Below, piece after piece: positions 62,556 to 64,000 of a DNA stretch of 64,000 bases. The notes below the pieces were generated by a model. That model worked only from the letters and a program-made list of their open reading frames with translations. It did no database searches and was not told where the DNA came from. Position numbers and translations under genes: made by a program. Positions within the stretch are counted from its first letter, which is position 1. The number at the start of each line of letters is the position of its first letter. Origin of the DNA: Trueperaceae bacterium (GTDB lineage: Bacteria; Deinococcota; Deinococci; Deinococcales; Trueperaceae); the NCBI GenBank assembly GCA_965213925.1, contig OZ243927.1:3232001-3296000 (forward strand). The letters run 5' to 3'.

Positions 62556-63692
62556 TTAGGGAATCGAGACCGGGAAGCTGTCGATGCCGAGCGCTTGGAG
62601 CTGCGCCTGGACCTCCTCGAGTTCGTTCGGTCCTAAAGGTCCCACGAAGAGCCTGACGAGCCCCGCGCCCGTCTCGCGTTCAGAGGTTCGGTAGCCGAGT
62701 TCTTCGATGCGTTCGCGCCTGAAGCGCGCACTGTCCGAGGAGCCGAACGCGCCCGCTTGCAAAAAGGTTCCGCTCTGCACCATCTCTCCACTGTTGACCG
62801 CGCTACCCGTCGTAGGGGTGCTAGCCACTGCGGTGTCTTCCGCGCCCTCTGCAGCGCCTTCTGCGCCCTCTTCTGCAGCGGCTGAACCTTCCGCGTCCGC
62901 CTCGTCCGAACTCGCTTCTTCCGGTTCGTAGGAATAGACGAGCGCCTCGCCGCCGCCTTCGATAATCGTCTGCGCGACGCTGTTCGCTTCTTCTTCGGTG
63001 GCGTAAGGGCCCACGAGGGCGAGGCTCAAGTCGCCCTGTGAGGCGACGAAGGTCGGGAAACCCTCTTCGCTATAGCGCTCGGTGAGGTTTTGCGCGCCCT
63101 CTCTCGAGGCGAACGCCCCCACTGACACGCGGTATGAAGGGCTCTCTACGGGAACGGTGGTTTCAGAAGCGTCAGGTGGTGTTTCCGCTGTTTCGCCCTC
63201 GCTCGGCGGCGCAGCCGCGTTGTCTTCCGCGCTGCCGCCCGCCGCCGCATTCTCGGCGTTTTGCCCAGACGCCGCACCAGCCGCTTCGTCCTGATTCTGA
63301 GCGGGCGTCTCATCGGCTTGGGCTTGGGCATTATCTGACGCATTGCTCGGCAAGTCGGGCGCGACAGGCTCGATGCCACTCTGCTGAGCCGCATCGCCGC
63401 TCGCGTTGCTATCCGCGCTATTTGCAGGGGCGTTAGCTTGCGACTCCGGGTTCTGCGCGGCACTTTCTCCCGCGCCTCCTTCCGCGCTCTGTTCGGTATC
63501 TTGCCCCGTATTCTGACCGGGGTTCTGCGAGCCTTCTACTGCTGCGGACCGCCCAGTGCTCGTGTCACCTAGACCTTGTCCGCTGAGAGAGAGAGAGCCG
63601 CCGCTGAGCAGCGTCGCCACAATACCGGCGATCACTGCGACTAGGGCGACGCCGATGATGAGGTCGGGCCAATTGCGTCTTAACCAGTCCAT
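62556..63692 (-). CDS. Membrane-anchored SPOR domain protein
   Basis: N-terminal TM, acidic low-complexity linker, two SPOR domains (VSVGAF..VGPY; LQAGAF..VGP). Confidence 0.88.
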   Translation of the reverse strand: MDWLRRNWPDLIIGVALVAVIAGIVATLLSGGSLSLSGQGLGDTSTGRSAAVEGSQNPGQNTGQDTEQSAEGGAGESAAQNPESQANAPANSADSNASGDAAQQSGIEPVAPDLPSNASDNAQAQADETPAQNQDEAAGAASGQNAENAAAGGSAEDNAAAPPSEGETAETPPDASETTVPVESPSYRVSVGAFASREGAQNLTERYSEEGFPTFVASQGDLSLALVGPYATEEEANSVAQTIIEGGGEALVYSYEPEEASSDEADAEGSAAAEEGAEGAAEGAEDTAVASTPTTGSAVNSGEMVQSGTFLQAGAFGSSDSARFRRERIEELGYRTSERETGAGLVRLFVGPLGPNELEEVQAQLQALGIDSFPVSIP

Positions 63693-63845
63693 GCCCTATT
63701 CTAAAACGAATTTAAGTTTAGAAGTATTTGATTCGAGAAGAACAGCGCTGAAGAGGTCAGCCAAATAGAAAAATAGAATGCAAAAGGCAGAAAGGAAAAC
63801 GCTCCTTTCTGCCTCTAAGTTCTCTGATATCTTGACGGCGCTCGC

Positions 63846-64000
63846 TTAGAAGTACTGCCTGAGTGCGGTCCGAGCCGGGGTGTAGCCCAAGTCCGAGGAG
63901 CGCTCCCACGCCTGCCGCGCTTCGTTGCCGCGCCCTTGCGAGAGGAGCGACCAACCCAGGTTATAGTAGGTGTCCGCGTCGCCGCCGGTCTGCTGGATGA
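63846..64000 (-). CDS. TPR protein, C-terminal part (runs off window end)
   Basis: ..DADTYYNLGWSLLSQGRGNEARQAWERS..QYF*. Confidence 0.7.
   Translation of the reverse strand, partial: IQQTGGDADTYYNLGWSLLSQGRGNEARQAWERSSDLGYTPARTALRQYF

Overview
Bacterial chromosome segment of about 60% GC, almost certainly Deinococcota (Truepera/Trueperaceae-like). This rests on the lineage-specific insertion in RpoC, PolX-PHP, many leaderless TANNNT-N5/6-start promoters and over-represented CTCGAG. Bases 1-~6350 are the edge of an accessory island: partial Xre/MbcA-type antitoxin, tyrosine recombinase, GH3 beta-glucosidase, an IS630 element and a DUF402 gene. The core region carries carD, the tRNA(Thr-Tyr-Gly-Thr)-tuf-rpmG-secE-nusG-rplKAJL-rpoBC cluster, a partly decayed sugar ABC/deaminase region, a urate-to-ureidoglycine catabolism operon, ppk1, cidA/lrgB, a xylose-type ABC transporter and housekeeping genes. 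Two unexplained signals stand out. (1) Two related ~62-66 bp micro-elements with conserved ends and different interiors sit in opposite orientations inside one otherwise intact IS630 transposase. (2) There is a family of stand-alone structured non-coding RNA candidates at 49.2-51.7 kb: two clearly homologous copies with compensatory changes and a kissing-loop signature, plus a third with similar architecture. No CRISPR array or rRNA was seen. All assignments are by eye, without database searches.
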